DNA of 64,000 bases from the NCBI GenBank assembly GCA_964106915.2, contig OZ066917.1; one strand, written 5' to 3'. The notes beneath the pieces are model-generated. The model saw nothing but the letters and a program-made list of their open reading frames with translations, made no database searches and had not been told where the DNA came from. A program made the translations under genes and the position numbers. This stretch comes from Podarcis gaigeae. Taxonomy: Eukaryota. Below are positions 52,235-64,000 of the stretch, one piece after another (position 1 is the first letter of the stretch; every line of letters starts with the position of its first letter).

Positions 52235-54359
52235 CTGATTTAGCTTCAGGTGTTACATGCCAAGTTCATGTAAGCAAGTCAAACCGATGCTTTCTGCCTT
52301 CACTCTGGCTTTGTCTTGATATATTTTGGGCAAAACAAACAAAAAATATGGCACCCAGGAGCAAGCAGAAGCACAATTAGTTCATGCCTGTTTGCATCCT
52401 CACCCCCAAGTGCTGTAATTCTTCTCCAGCTTTGTAGCCTAAAAACAGCAAGATGAGTGGAAGGGCAGAATTTCAGCTATTTTAGAGGCTGCCCCAGAGA
52501 TCAACCTAGCATGCACAAACTCACCTTAAAATGTACTATCCAATATTGTCTTTGCTTTAAGCCATACAATTGGCAGCAATGTAAGCTTTTCTTTTTTCTT
52601 TTAAAGTCTTGCTACATTAAAGAGGGGCAGGCAGGTGTGTTAAGAGTTTGCAATGTGTGAGGAGAGGAGGCTTAACCCTTACCTTCCCAATAGCAATTCC
52701 TCCAATCAAAAATGACCCTCTGTGCTGCAATTAAGCTTTCTAACAACAACAACTGGATACAATGATACTGCTTTTTAAGCCAAATTTTTGTGTGTCTGTG
52801 ATTTTCATGGTAAGCACAGTTTGCAGGAAGCTGCAACACCCACTCCCCAAATCATCTCTGTGCCACAATTAGACTTGAAAACATGCTTCTATTAGTACCA
52901 GTGAAATATATTTACGGTATATATTAAAAGCCTAATTTCTGAGCAGGGTATAAGAACGGAGTGGGGGTGGGGAGCTGTGGGCTGAATGAGGAAGTCCCAC
53001 ATCCAGCCTGAGGGCCAGATGTTCTCCACCCTGCTTTTAAGTCTCATTACTCCACACTTTCTTTCTCATAACCATTTTATTTGTTTCCTCTTTGCTTTTG
53101 GCTGTGACTGGAAATTAATTTATTCACTTTCCAACTCTAACTGAAGTATACACTTAGTGTATAAGCATTTGAGAGACATTTTCCAAGATTATAAGTCAAA
53201 TAAGGTTGTGTGGCGCAATGCTCCAGGGAAGCATTGAACCAGTGCTCATGAAGGATGGGGAAAAATTTACCTCACATATCAACGTGAGCTAAGCCGAGGA
53301 AAGTGCAGACTGATAAATCCCTTTTATCGGCTGCACTAGCGTGTGGAGGTGGAGGATTTTTAAAGTCTGGCCATTCTCCTCAGTGTCAAACCCAAGGGCG
53401 ACATTTGAAATTCTCTGGTGACAGGGAAAGACAGAGACGGAGAACTGTGGCCATGTGTTATCAACCCAGAGGACATGACTGAAGTAGAAAAGACAAAAGA
53501 TCAAAATGCCGGTGGAGCTTCCTAAATAATTCAAAGAGAAACAAATGCCTCACAAAACTGGTTGAAAACAATGCTAGGCAGAAATGCATGAAATGGAACT
53601 CTGAGACTATCACAGCTTACTGCTTCAAACAGCCCCTGGCACTTTCACCACCATCCTTCCACAGTGTGCAATCTCCATCTGGGTGCTGGTACCCAAAAGC
53701 TGTTCCAATATTTCTGTGTTGCCCCTTGCACCCAGGCAGCTGTTCTGCAGGGTTTGGTTTTTTTGCCTCACAAGCAGCAGAATTCAGCTTGATTTCCCCT
53801 ATAGATAACAGAATGATGGAGGCCGACAGCTTTGCAGTGCAGTTTTATTACAAACTGTTGAAGTGTGTATGTGTACAATGTTTTTCCCCTCCATCCAATC
53901 TGTCCCCACTGTGTACACCAGTTATAGCTGGCTCATTTTTCCAGCTAAATTTGGTTTTCATAATCCTTTGTTCTTGTTAGCCCTGAAAAAAAAATATATC
54001 AGCAGTTCTCTAGAAAGGGATTTGGAGCCTGTACTGCCTGATTAATTAACTACAGAATTGTTAATTAAATTCTAGTTATTGATCAAGAAGTAGGAAGGAA
54101 CCCAGCTTGACTCTTAGGGCCAAGCCATACATAATGCAAGAGATCTCTTCTTGGATCTCCCACTGTTTTGGAATCTCTCTCTCTCTCTTTGTCTTTTGCT
54201 TTGAAACAAGGCAGGGGACACAAAATATGACCGAGGCAATGATAGTAGGGTAGAGAGGAGTTCTTAGCCATCACTTGAAGCTTATAGTAGCTCTTTATGA
54301 AGCTGAAGTTGATGAACCTTTGCATGTGTGCCCGGCCTGGTGAAACAACAGTTTGGGAG

Positions 54360-54755
54360 TAGTGATGGGTGAATCTGTCAATTACAGTGTCTCATTTTCC
54401 TACTCTTCCATCAGTTCTCCACATTTCCAAATCATTTGTGATTAAGATAATAATAATAATTCATGAAAATTCAGCAGGATTTTAGTGTGACTTTCTCCTA
54501 ATATGCATATATTTGTATGCAACTTTGCCTATGTGAAATTGCCTATGCATATTCTTAGGCAATGCACCTTTGAATGCTACTTTTGTGTACACCTTATCTT
54601 AGCATGTGCATTTTTTTGCATACATGGCAGGAGAACTTCATTGCAAAATTCAGTGTGAATATTGATGTGGTTTGGTTTGGTTATTCTTTTCGAAAGTGCA
54701 GATCGGGTAGGTACACCTATAATTGCAAAGTGAACCAAATATCTCCACATTCCTA
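54360..54755 (+). mobile_element. AT-rich hAT MITE (TAGTGATG...CATTCCTA)
   Basis: Ac-like termini; TSD tttgggag/tttggtag (7/8 match). Confidence 0.72.
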
Positions 54756-55019
54756 TTTGGTAGTGAAATTTGTATTAGCAAAATGCCACGAGTAAAAGTT
54801 AACTAGCGCCCTACATAACAGTCTCACTGTTCAAATCAAGTTTAGAACTCTCTGTGCCTGTTAGGAATGATGTGTATTTACAAAAGGACAATCCAATCAC
54901 ATATCCCATGTTTGGTTTCAGTAACCATGGTAAGTGGTTTATCTGCTGTATCTTCTTGCAAATTGAACCAGTAATGTTGGAGTCAAAATATGATGATAAA
55001 TATGGATCAGACTCAACAG

Positions 55020-55151
55020 CAGGGGTCACCAGAATGATGCATCCTCACAGAGTGTTGCACTACAACTCTCATGACCATTGGCCATGCCAGCTAAGGCTGA
55101 TAGAAATTGAAATCCAGCAACATCTGGACGGCACTACATTGGCTCCCCTTG
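55020..55151. mobile_element. Short palindromic hAT MITE (old)
   Basis: caggggtcaccaga...cactacaactctcat...gcaacatctggacggcactacattggctccccttg. Confidence 0.65.
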
Positions 55152-55158
55152 CTCTAGA

Positions 55159-55296
55159 TAGCTGTTCTCAACCTGTGGGTCCCCAGATATTGTTGGACTT
55201 CAACTCCCATCATCCCTGAGCTCTGGCCTTGCTAGCTAGGGATGATGGGAGTTGTAGTCCAACAACATCTGGGGACCCACAGGTTGAGAACCGCTG
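55159..55296. mobile_element. Short near-perfect palindromic hAT MITE (young)
   Basis: ttctcaacctgtgggtccccagatattgttggacttcaactcccatcatccct is mirrored by agggatgatgggagttgtagtccaacaacatctggggacccacaggttgagaa; flanked by ctctaga(g). Confidence 0.9.
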
Positions 55297-55304
55297 CTCT
55301 AGAG

Positions 55305-55558
55305 CATGGATAGGCAAACTAAGGCCCGGGGGCCGGATCCGGACCAATCACCTTCTAAATTCAGCACGTGGACGGTCTGGGAATCAGCGTGTTTTTACAT
55401 GAGTAGAATGTGTGCTTTTATTTAAAATACATCTCTGGGTTATTTGTGGGGCGTAGGAATTTGTTCATTATTCCCCCCCCCCCAAATATAGTAAGGCTCC
55501 CCACAAGGTCTGAGGGACAGTGAACCAACCCCCTGCTGAAAAAGTTTGCTGACCCCTG
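55305..55558 (-). mobile_element. hAT MITE, same family as 4391-4636
   Basis: catggataggcaaact...agtttgctgacccctg; TSD ctctagag/ctctagaa. Confidence 0.9.
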
Positions 55559-56039
55559 CTCTAGAAGTAAAACTAAGAAAGTAGTCAGTTTTTGTGTTTC
55601 TTATTTATTTTGCTATTACCCCAGCGTCTCTGTGCCCTGACTTAGAAACTCACCAGGCAGGTCTGATATGTGCCTCCATATTTAAACATTATATAGGGAT
55701 ATGTCACCTGGGTGGGAAAATGCATTTACTGAAAAACAAAGGAAGGAGCAGCAGAAGTAGGAATGAAATATATGGCCTGGGTTCCAAGATCACTGAACAC
55801 ATACACACACACACACCCTAGTAAATGTGTGGGCTGTGCAACCACACATAGCACCACAGATATCAGGGGTGGCTGTGCATACACATCTACACTGAAGAAA
55901 GAATGAGTAAGCACACAGTCATCTATTCTGTGTGTGAGTGCCTGGGGCAACATTGCATAGGCCACGCTGACATACCACTGGCCATACAGCCTGGTAAATC
56001 TTCTTTCCCAACTGTGTAGGATCCACTTGGTTTGTCCAC

Positions 56040-56184
56040 ACCAGCTAACCCGGGGGGGGGGGGGGGGTCACCCAGATATTGTTGTTCTTGAGCTCCTATC
56101 AGACCCAGCCAGTATTGTGAATAATAACATTGATGGGAATTGAAGTCCAGTAATAACTGAAGGACACTATGTTGGCTGTCCCTG
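56040..56184. mobile_element. Decayed short hAT MITE
   Basis: ccagatattgttg...gctcctatcag...gatgggaattgaagtccagtaataactg...gttggctgtccctg. Confidence 0.55.
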
Positions 56185-57483
56185 AGATAATTTATGGACA
56201 AGGAAGTCAAATCTGTAGCTTTCACCCAGAATGCAACGTAATCCACGCTCCCCCCCCCAGCCCCTATTTACCCTGTAACATGGCTGGACCAGGGCAATTA
56301 CAATGCAATTTGGACATTGAAGCAATGGAGGTCACTCAGACCCTATCCTGCTCCCCAAACTATTTCCTTCCCCGTCGTGTGCAGCCCTCTATTATGTGAC
56401 GGCATGCATTGGAGGAGAGAATGCTTGGTCTCTGCAGGCTTCCCTATTGCGCAATCTGATAGGGGGAAAAAATCTTCCTTTTATCAGCAATGAGGCTGAG
56501 GAAAAAAGGGCAGCAGGAAAATAGCATTTATTTTAACCCTTCTGATAAGGAAAAGAAAACCTCAGCCCATCTGGAAGTTTCTGCTTCTCTTTCTTTCAGA
56601 TGCACAGCCAAGAACATCTTAAGGTCAGGCTGTAAATCATGTAAAACATCTTTATCTACTCAAAACTGTTCTGCTCCTTTATTCCTACACACACCACACA
56701 TGCACACACACACCAAGGACTTTTTGAGATCATCAAATTCCAACACTCACGGAAGGTGGGGAGGCGGGTATTTTTATAGTCACATCACAACACATTCAGA
56801 TTAGGTGATCTACAAGCAAGAAAGCCAAAGGACCGAAATGTTGCAAAACTGGAAACTGTGCCAAAACTCATGCCTCTGGATCTCTTGCTCTCCTTGACAT
56901 GCACATCTCATATTCATTAAAAGGTTGGGGCACAGGCCCCAAAGAAGCACCATGTGTGCTAGTGGCATGTGACCTTCATTTTCTTACTTCTATTGATTTG
57001 TATCCATCATTGCCTGTAAGCATATTTTGATATTCCATTTTGCTGACTTGCTGTCACCTCTGCCAAAACAGCAGGCAAACGAAGTAAAAAGAAGAGCACA
57101 GGTGGTTTGACTCAGATTTGAGGTTCACTGGCTGGTTAAGCTTGATAACAGCCACATTACAGATGGGAGAATTAGACAATAGCTGTCCATGGAAGTGAGG
57201 GTGAGTTTGTGTGTATAATTCAGAGTGCCGAGCTGCCCGATCCAAGCCAATTGTTATTGCAGCTATTCTCCCACCGCTCAGCTGAGGCATAAGAACATTG
57301 CTATGTTCCTTGTTATAACACCACTAGGCTTCTGTTCAGCAATTCCTTACCATGGGGTTGGTTACATGTCTAACTTTCCTGTAATTCACTGATTACGTGG
57401 AGCATGGTCACATGATGTGTGGTTTTTTTATATTGTAATTTTATGATGTGAACCATCCTGAGATCTATGGGTATAGGGCAGTA

Positions 57484-57709
57484 CAGTGGTACTTCGGGTT
57501 AAGTACTTAATTCGTTCCGGAGGTCTATACTTAACCTGAAACTGTTCTTAACCTGAAGCACCACTTTAGCTAATGGGGCCTCCTGCTGCCACCGCGCTAC
57601 CGGAGCACAATTTCTGTTCTTATCCGGAAGCAAAGTTCTTAACCTGAAGCATTATTTCTGGGTTAGCGGAGTGTGTAACCTGAAGTGTATGTAACCCGAG
57701 GTACCACTG
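57484..57709 (-). mobile_element. Tc1/mariner (Tigger-like) MITE, third copy
   Basis: Same TIRs and TA TSD, reverse orientation relative to 16705 and 18414. Confidence 0.92.
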
Positions 57710-59904
57710 TATACAAATTTAAAAAATAATAATAAAAAGTATAGAGGGTCTATTCTGCTTTCAGTTCCCCATTCAAAATGCACACGAGTTGTTTTCCCAA
57801 GGTTTGTTTAAAGCAAAGTAGCTGCCCACCCAAAGCCCTTTCCAAGACTCTATTTCACCTCAAACTACCAAATGTTGAAAAAGAAAGTAGGGAAATGTCT
57901 TCACAAGAATCAGAAAATTAGTTGTGTGGATTTTACTTAAGCTGCAGCCTCTTTGTGTCCAGCCACATATGGAAAGATATTGTAGCAGTGATAATACACA
58001 GTGATAGATCTTCACATCTGCTGAAGCAGCTTGAGGCCAACAACTTTTTAAAAAGGTTTCATGGTATGACTGTAAAAGTGCCAGAGCTTTGCTTTATACT
58101 TTATATCATCATATCCTGCTCAGCTGCAACTTTTAGAATGATAGCTTTATAATAATGAAATGATCACAGGATCATTTTCCTCTGTCACTTGACATGTGCT
58201 AATGACACATCTGGATGTGCTCAATTTGGCTTTATGATGCATGTCCGTATTTTGTCAAACCACACACATTCCATTGCAACATCATGCACATATATGGCCA
58301 CCAAGGCTTATGGCCACCAATGGATTATGCTAAGCATACTACTCCCATTCCATTCCGCTTCTAAAGCACTCTTAACTGCTTGCAATGTTTCTTTGCTGTG
58401 TTGGTTGTGGTGAATTCAGTGGTTCAAACTGTTCAAAGGCAAATAGAGAGTATTTCTTAGTTGGACTGATGTGTCCTCAGCATCTTGGAAACCATAAAGG
58501 GCTGCAAGTCTTCATTTACTGCATGTATAAAGTCATGCATGGATTGTGACACATATTCACAAATACACACAAACTTTGTGTGCATTCCAAGGAGATAAAT
58601 AAGCCTTCCAAGAACATCTGTGTCACTGAAGGACAAGACAGCCCAGGACTCTCGTTGAACTGACCTACTTTTACATTCTGTCCTTGGCTCAGATGAGGAG
58701 GCAGAAGGACAGGAGGGATGTCAATAGACTCTGTCAATAAACCAAAGCAAGAATCCCGGCTGCTCTCATCTAACACAGTTTAATTTTTAATCCTGCAAAG
58801 CAGCAACAAGGACATGGGCGGCAGCAATCCGACAGCAGAGCAAATTGGTCAGGACAGAGTGGATTGATCTATCTGGGAGAAATGAAGACACAGCAGAAAC
58901 TCTGTTTTATGAGTGGGGATGGCTTTTGGCCTCTCTTACACTTGGCCAAGAAAGACAGGAGTATAACAGCAGCAAGGACATATTGTGAATCAAGCCAAGC
59001 ATCCTAGTGCCAGATCCCTACCTACAGATTAGTTGTCTGAAATGACTGTCTGTGCAGACAAGCACAATCACCCAGCATATCTTAAGAGATACTAGCATAT
59101 CTTAAGAGATACTTAAGAGATACTGCTCTTGGTTGTTGCTTTTTTCATAGGCTTTCCCCCTTCAATGTCTTCTGCTTCCTTTTTTCCATAGTATTGGCCG
59201 GCCTGATGTCTCTGTCCTCCATATATGCAGATCCAAGGCACATCTTGGTTTCATTTCAAACACTCATATTTAACAGCAGGAATAAAAATAACAGAATGTC
59301 CTACCTTACGTTTGCATTTGTGCAAAAGCATTCACCCAGGGTCTATCTTGTACAAAGTGCTGAACAGAGCACAGAAGTAGCTTAAGTGCAATCACATGTA
59401 GAATTAGGGGAAGGGCTTACAGGTCACTGAGCATGACTCTCAGACACACCTGATAGTCTTCATTTTAGAAATAATAAATCCAGGTAACTTATTAAGTGTG
59501 CATATAAACCTGCTGCCACTGTCATCACTGGCTCTCTTTAATGAGATTCTCATTAAGTCATTTCAGCTTTGGAACACAGCATCCCACCTCCATTGGGATG
59601 CAATGATTTGTTCCTTCCTGTAATGCAAAATTAGAAGCTAAAGAAAAAGTTTCCAGGTCTTGGAAAATGGAATGTTGGGAGTCACACACAGGGCCCTCAA
59701 AGGTTAAACAAATCCTGGCTACACTTTCACTCACTTTCATTCACTAAAACACTCACTTATCAAAATAATACCAGGTTTTTCCTGCAGTTTTCTGAAAGCT
59801 ATTTCATTTTACAAGCATAGTGACATGAATTTTTGGTTCATAATGATTTAGAACATCATGCAGGTGATTCCTTGCCACCTCAGAGGCATAAAGTCTGCAG
59901 CTGA

Positions 59905-60643
59905 TGTGAGGAAGACTGAGGAAATGAACACAAGAATTGGTTTTGGGTTGAATTAGGCCACACCTTTATTGATTACAGGTAAGAGTAGGTTTGGCTAAGT
60001 CATTGGCCAAATGGTATCTGGCATCACGACGCCTACATGCCGGCTGATAGGAGCCCAGTGGATCAACTGTGTGCTCGGGAGTCACCCAAAAAATGGATTA
60101 GGTGCCACGACCCCGTATGAACCTGCCATTCGGAGGTGTTTTGGCTCATTGGTCTACGAGTGTGGACTCCCAGACTGAGCCACCCCTCTTGGATTCCTTT
60201 AACTGGGTACCTGCATGATGAAGGATCCAGCCCAATGCCTTACCCATCAAAGTTGTGACAGTTGCTATGAGGTAGGTAAAAACCTTCACACTGGCCAATT
60301 TGCTTGCAGGAGAAATACAGCAACTGATTAAGCACAGCAAGGTCCTTATGTCAACTTGCCCACTCCCCCATAGGTGGAGACTGTTAGACTCCACCTAACA
60401 GTCTGGGTGAGTGGGAGGTAAATTCTGCATTGGTCCCCAAGGGTGGGCAGGGCACAGCCCTCATGCCCATGCCCCAATAGGCTTGCAGGCAAGGCCCACC
60501 CAAACAATGGGTTCAGCATGGCCAGGGGAGGGCAATGTCAAATGGCCATCCCCTCCCGCATCTATCCAGGGCAAGGAGTTTATCCCTGGATCCAGCCACA
60601 GTCTCACTGTGTGGCAAACACTGGACCCCCTCCTGTTGAGACA
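59905..60643 (-). mobile_element. LTR/DIRS-like terminal-repeat element
   Basis: Reverse homology to 38150-38689, including the polyA-signal block ggccacacctttattgattac; starts with TGTG. Right boundary approximate. Confidence 0.6.
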
Positions 60644-61799
60644 TTAATTGAACAATTGGTTAGGCAATTGTGCCCACTGTGCCCACTTCAGACTTCCATG
60701 CATTTATAGGCCACTTTTATAGGTTCCCCAATCCTGTTGGCTGTGAAGGAGTTCAGAATAGGATATATTCCTTAACTATGCCCTGATTATGGAATTCCCT
60801 GTCTCAGAGGACTAGAATGTCATCATCCTTTATGACATTTTATGTCAGGTTGAAAACATTCTTCTGACATGCTTTCTAGAAAGAAAATTATGAGCCAAAA
60901 TGTGTCAACTAACTTAGCAATAAGAGGGTGATTGTTTTACCAACAATTGGTGCTATTATGAATGGTCATTGGACTTCTTTTACATGCATGCATTTAGGTT
61001 TGCAATCTCAAGGGGTGGAGAGTGGACTAAAGATAAACAATGAAAGGGAAATTAGAGGGAGAATCTTAGATTGCCTTCTGAGCTAGTCAAAATCAGTTTT
61101 GGAGCGTGTCAGGTGGCTGAGATGGCTTTGTATACTTCAGATCCAAGCTGTTTCCTGATCCTCCATTGACAGATCCCCAGTAACACCCCCTCCCCCTAAT
61201 CTTGACCTCACTACTGTTGCAGAACTGGGCCAGGGTGTTTCCATCGGGGCAGGAAGAAGCTTACTCCCTGACATCACAACCCGCTCTCCAGTGATATACA
61301 GGGGATGTCAATGTTTCCTATGAACCCTGAGACACCCTCCCATGGGCCATAGGTTTTCAGATCCAGATTTAATTGAATTTTCACAGTCTGTGCATTTGCA
61401 TTTCATTGCCACTTGACTCCTTTCTCCTTAGTTTTTCTTTTCAACTGTATATTCCTGTCAACTGAGGAAAACACATGCATCTAATGGAATGGACACTAAT
61501 CTTTAAGGTCCTCCAAAACTGCAAGAGTTAGACTAACACCTTTATTCCACCTTACTTTAAATCATAGCTGGTACAGGTTCATTTTCAACATGGCTATAAA
61601 CATTAGAATACTATAGCTAGAGTTAGAATGCTATAGCTATTGTCCTCCACTGCCCAACTTTTAAATAATGATTCCTGTAGTTCCAGTTATTCTTTTCTTC
61701 TTACAACTCCTTAATGAGCACAAAAGACAACATCATAACTTCCTAAGTATACTGCCTTTGACTGAGAGACCCAAATGGTATACACTATTTCTAAAGCAT

Positions 61800-62400
61800 T
61801 TGATTCATTAATATACTCAAATGCTGTTCACGGTCTTTCCTCCTCTAAACTGACTTCCAGTATTGAACCAGATACTCTATTGACTTGTATTTTCTTATGA
61901 ACCTTTATACGTATCTGCTGACTGACTGATCTTTCTCAGCAGCTATGCTCCTCTGCTATATATTTGTAAATTTGGCTTTCCTGTACTATATGCAGCACAC
62001 TCCATTTGTCTCTGGTGAAAATTTACCCCACTTAGCTCCAACTTATCAAGATATTTATGAATTCCAGTCTTCCCCCTTCTGAAATGTCAATATTCTTTCC
62101 CAGCCTCCTGGCATTTGAAAACCTGAGATCCAAGTAGTTTTTATCCAAATTACAGATGAAAGTCACGAACATTATGAATACAGCGACAATCATTACAGAC
62201 AAAGTTCAATTTGTTGCCTCATGCAAGTATGGAAACAAACTACTAACTGGTATTTCTTGCTACGAGGTTACATTAGACATTCAAATTAGCCACCAATTCT
62301 TTTGCTTCAATGTTACATGTTCTGTCTCTTACCATAAGCTCTCTCATCCACTTAGTGAAGTTACACAATTTTTTAAATTAAAAATCCTGCCTTAATTAAG
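61800..62400 (-). mobile_element. Very old CR1/L3 LINE RT fragment
   Basis: Reverse CR1-like coding texture (ttccagtattgaacc, ggtatttcttg, caccaattcttt), heavily decayed. Confidence 0.4.
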
Positions 62401-62443
62401 AACTCTTTTTAGAAAATGTTTGCAGCACTGATGTGTTATACTA

Positions 62444-62446
<3 letters not shown>

Positions 62447-62485
<39 letters not shown>
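62447..62485. repeat. (GT)n microsatellite
   Basis: Read directly. Confidence 0.97.
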
Positions 62486-62487
<2 letters not shown>

Positions 62488-62959
62488 GTCATACATGTCA
62501 CATTCTACACTAATTTCTACCCATATCAACCTTACATGAATGGTAATTCTTCCAATAGCATTAGCAGAAATAAATGTTAATTACATCCAAATATTTGGAT
62601 TGGCTAACATTAAGGATTATTATCCCATGACTGTCAGAACACTCTCATTGTCCTTAGAATTGGCACTTGTGAAGCAATTTCAAGAGTTGTGCCTCTCCCA
62701 GTTACCTTTCTGGAGAGTGGAATGAAAAATTGTGGATGACTAACAGCGCCAAACCTCAAGTTCTGTCCCTTTAATAATGAAATTAATCTACAGGATTCTT
62801 AAGAACATGCATTACTACATGGGGCCATTTTTAACAGTTTTTGGATACTGCCTCTCTTATCTAGCTTCCTAGAACCCCTCTGGATCTGTAATAGTTTAGA
62901 GATGACATGAAATATTTCAATTATACAGTTTCTTTACCTCTACCTTAGCTGTAGAAAAT

Positions 62960-63320
62960 TGGTAGAAATTAATTTATCACCTCACAGATGGAAACAAATT
63001 AGCAGAAACTGCAGCGAAAGACAAGGATCGCCAACAGAATTTGAATTCATTGTGCTTACCGATTAGGGCACACACGCTTCACCCATTAGACTATGCAATC
63101 TTTTGCTTCCTGTCTAGGATAAATTACAGGTGTTAAATTAGTCACAGGAGGGTTCCCCCATTGTTCCATCATTGCAAGAGAAACACTAAAAATTGCAGGA
63201 CTGAATAAAAAATCCTTAAGATGGAGCATAAAAGGTATAATTCTTCTTTTATTTACCCAATAAACCCTTTCATTACTGGGTTATTCCTCCATTCGTGCCT
63301 ACTTTGCAACAGAATAGAAT
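62960..63320. promoter_or_regulatory. Candidate conserved non-coding element
   Basis: Repeat-free with AATTAATTTATC, GATTAG, TAAATTAG, GCATAAAA and CAATAAA motifs and retained CpGs. Confidence 0.45.
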
Positions 63321-63609
63321 ATTCCATAGAGTCCTTAGAATGCTTAAGAAACACGCTCACCCATTTATACCTAACTGTATATTAATCCTTCCTTAATACA
63401 GTGGCATTAACTTGTAGAAACAAATAGATATATAGGCTTTTGACTGCTGGGAGTCCCATATTTTTCATCCTAGAATGAGAGTAAGTTGATGAAGTTCCAT
63501 GAATGTGCATTGCTGTGATGTGAAGGTTTGAACACACAACCAACCTCAGATAAAATGCCCTCACTTATTTGACTTTATTTGGCTCTTTAAGGCCAACTAA
63601 CAACACTAT

Positions 63610-63925
63610 CTTAAGAATATAGAAAGACCTCTGCTAAATCAGAACAAAGGCCCATCTGGTCCACCATTCTGTTATCACAGTGGCCAATTAGTCACTTATG
63701 GGAAGTCCACAAGCAAGACATGAGGTCAGCAGCACTGTCAATCTCATGTTTCCCCAGTAGCTGGTGCACAGGGATACATCTTAATGTAGCAAATTGTGAG
63801 GAAGCTGCTCTTTTTCTCTGTGCTGAATCACTTACCATTCAACTATTTTGAGGGGGTGAAAACAATATTTCTGTACACTTTCTTCACACGATGCATAATT
63901 CTATACACCTCTATCATGCCCCCAA
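63610..63925 (-). mobile_element. CR1 LINE 3' end
   Basis: taagaatatagaaagacctctgctaaatcagaacaaaggcccatctggtccacc is a reverse CR1 3' UTR; atgcataattctatacacctctatcatgcccc encodes GMIEVYRIMH in reverse. Confidence 0.8.
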
Positions 63926-64000
63926 ATGAAAAAGTCCTATACTATAAAAATCCAATAAATGAATAAATAAAATAAACAGGTGCATAATAAACTCAGGGGT

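Noticed and set aside
55012-55566. CRISPR-like repeat-spacer array
   Set aside because: Repeats are only 8-bp target duplications, the spacers are TIR-bearing MITEs, the context is eukaryotic and there are no cas genes.

Overview
Vertebrate nuclear DNA, very likely from a lacertid lizard: it carries a Sauria/POM-type SINE 3' end, Squam3-type SINEs and squamate L2/CR1 fragments and MITEs. No protein-coding gene can be supported. The ORF track is mostly noise, and the only real protein signatures are decayed L2 and CR1 ORF2 fragments. The window reads as a large intron or gene desert with an N gap (9502-9647), microsatellites, many non-autonomous transposons (hAT with 8-bp TSDs, Tc1/mariner-Tigger with TA TSDs), tRNA-derived SINEs, and several repeat-free, CpG-retaining, homeodomain-motif-rich blocks that resemble conserved enhancers. 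The best structural finds are: (1) a Penelope-like retroelement remnant forming a ~210-nt hairpin with two oppositely oriented minimal type-I hammerhead ribozyme motifs, inserted with a 13-bp TSD into a hAT MITE; (2) three different hAT MITEs stacked at one CTCTAGAG target; (3) a young hAT element carrying a CpG-island-like core; (4) two SINEs with different tRNA heads (Lys, Ile) on the same CR1-like tail. Family names come from recalled consensus motifs, not database searches.
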